A stretch of 64,000 nt of DNA, taken from assembly GCA_038087875.1 (NCBI GenBank), contig CM075980.1, positions 9,982,001-10,046,000 on the forward strand, written 5' to 3'. The translations under genes and the position numbers were made by a program. The stretch comes from Malacoraja senta. Its lineage: Eukaryota. Below are positions 62,800 through 64,000 of this stretch, one piece after another (the first letter of the stretch is position 1; each line of letters starts with the position of its first letter). The notes under the pieces were generated by a model. That model did not search any database, was not told the origin of the DNA, and saw only the letters and a program-made list of their open reading frames with translations.

Positions 62800-63015
62800 A
62801 ATCTCTGGCGTTTGTCCAATCATTTGCCTATCAAAAGCCTCCGTCATCTGATTTCACCTATGACCTGCCATGCTTTGACCTGCCCCTCCACACTTCTATC
62901 TTTCTTTACCCCACTCCTGCAATCAGTCTGAAGAAGGTCCCGACACGAAACATCACCAATCCATGTTCTCCAGGGATCCTGCCTGACCCGCTGAGTTACT
63001 CCAGCATTTTGTATC
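62800..63015 (+). mobile_element. Penelope pLTR-like repeat with a degenerate sense hammerhead core (62928-62954)
   Basis: CAGTCTGAAGAAGGTCCCGACACGAAACATCACC..CTGCCTGACCCGCTGAGTTACTCCAGCATTTTG. Confidence 0.75.
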
Positions 63016-63579
63016 TGGATTGAACCTGGGTTTCTGGTGCTGTGAGGCAGCATCTTTGTTGTGCTGTTTGTTGTAATGCTTTGTCGAGGCAATGCTTTGA
63101 TAACTTGCATTGAAAAGCAGAGGGCAGCAAGTTCCCTTTTTCACATTCAGGAAGCTGTATAATTGTGATCCATGTTCAATTTCTTGATTCAGAGGCTGAT
63201 CGTGTTAACCCTAGGAGTGCTCTCACATGTCAGTTCTCTTGAAAGACCAGAAACGATTGAGTGCAGAACAATCACAGGATATAAATTAACTCAGAGGCAG
63301 ATTTTCAAATATGAGCCAGCAGTTACCCATAACTCTCTGCTTGGATGATCAACAGTCCTGTTTAGTCATGTGAGCTCACTATAAAGTTCAGCATATCAGA
63401 TGAGCCTACTGCCTTTGCACTCTCCCTGACCTCTACCAGAGTATTTCTGACTGCACTAGCCTGAGTCAGCATGACTGGAGGATAGATAAGTTGTTTGGTC
63501 ACCCAGCTATCTGTGCTTGGGATTAGCTTCTGGGGATCAGTCGAACTTAATTCTCCGCCCATGTAATGTTTGCATCTAC

Positions 63580-63870
63580 CCACTCAGTTCTCAAACAACA
63601 TTATTGAGATGTCCTCTTTCTTCAATAAACGTGGTTTGCCCCATGCTATTGTGGATGGAGCCCTCATCTTTGTATCCTCTGATATTTCCAGATCTGCTCT
63701 CGCCTCCCCTTGCCCCCAGATGCAACAAGGATAGAGTTCCCCTGGTCCTTGCCTTTCACACTACCAGCCTCTGCATACCACAAGTCATTCTCCAACACTT
63801 CCGCCAAGTTCATCCTGATCCCACCAACAGTCGCGTCTTTCCATCCCACACCTTTCCGCTTTCCATTGAC
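63580..63870 (+). mobile_element. Penelope ORF remnant (RT C-terminal/linker region)
   Basis: MSSFFNKRGLP.. and RCNKDRVPLVLAFHTTSL..ILQHFRQVHPDPT..VFPS. Confidence 0.72.
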
Positions 63871-64000
63871 TGTTAATTCTGGCCAAATTGGAGCTGCCAG
63901 GTCATTAAAATTGAGTGTAAAATTGAGAAAATTCTGTAACTAATTCGTTCACTCAACCTGCCCCCTTTAGCTATGGAAGAGCTAACCTGCCCCCTTTATC

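Noticed and set aside
63956-63997. 14-bp direct repeat AACCTGCCCCCTTT twice
   Set aside because: At the window edge and too short to interpret.

Overview
Vertebrate nuclear DNA, most likely from a cartilaginous fish (skate/ray-like repeat landscape: HE1/V-SINEs, CR1, Rex1/Babar, Penelope). The only host gene is the middle of a septin-2 or septin-2-like gene on the + strand. Six GT-AG coding exons (1439-1562, 19205-19339, 21586-21703, 48248-48349, 49063-49208, 57455-57538; 709 nt) splice in frame and carry the G3 (DTPG), G4 (AKAD) and septin-unique (GRLYPWG) motifs. The 5' and last exons were not found in the window. The introns are full of often nested mobile elements: CR1, Rex1/Babar, L1/Tx1, RTE and Vingi-like LINE fragments, V-SINEs, two copies of a Helitron-like element and several MITEs (Harbinger, hAT-like with 5-bp TSD, Ginger-like). 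The most notable system is a dispersed family of short Penelope-derived elements. They carry a minimal hammerhead-ribozyme core (CTGAAGA-stem-GAAAC-GTY), often occur as TSD-flanked inverted pairs, and include copies in the sense orientation of the septin pre-mRNA. There is a 200-N assembly gap at 3533-3732. Repeat boundaries are approximate unless a TSD or TIR is quoted.
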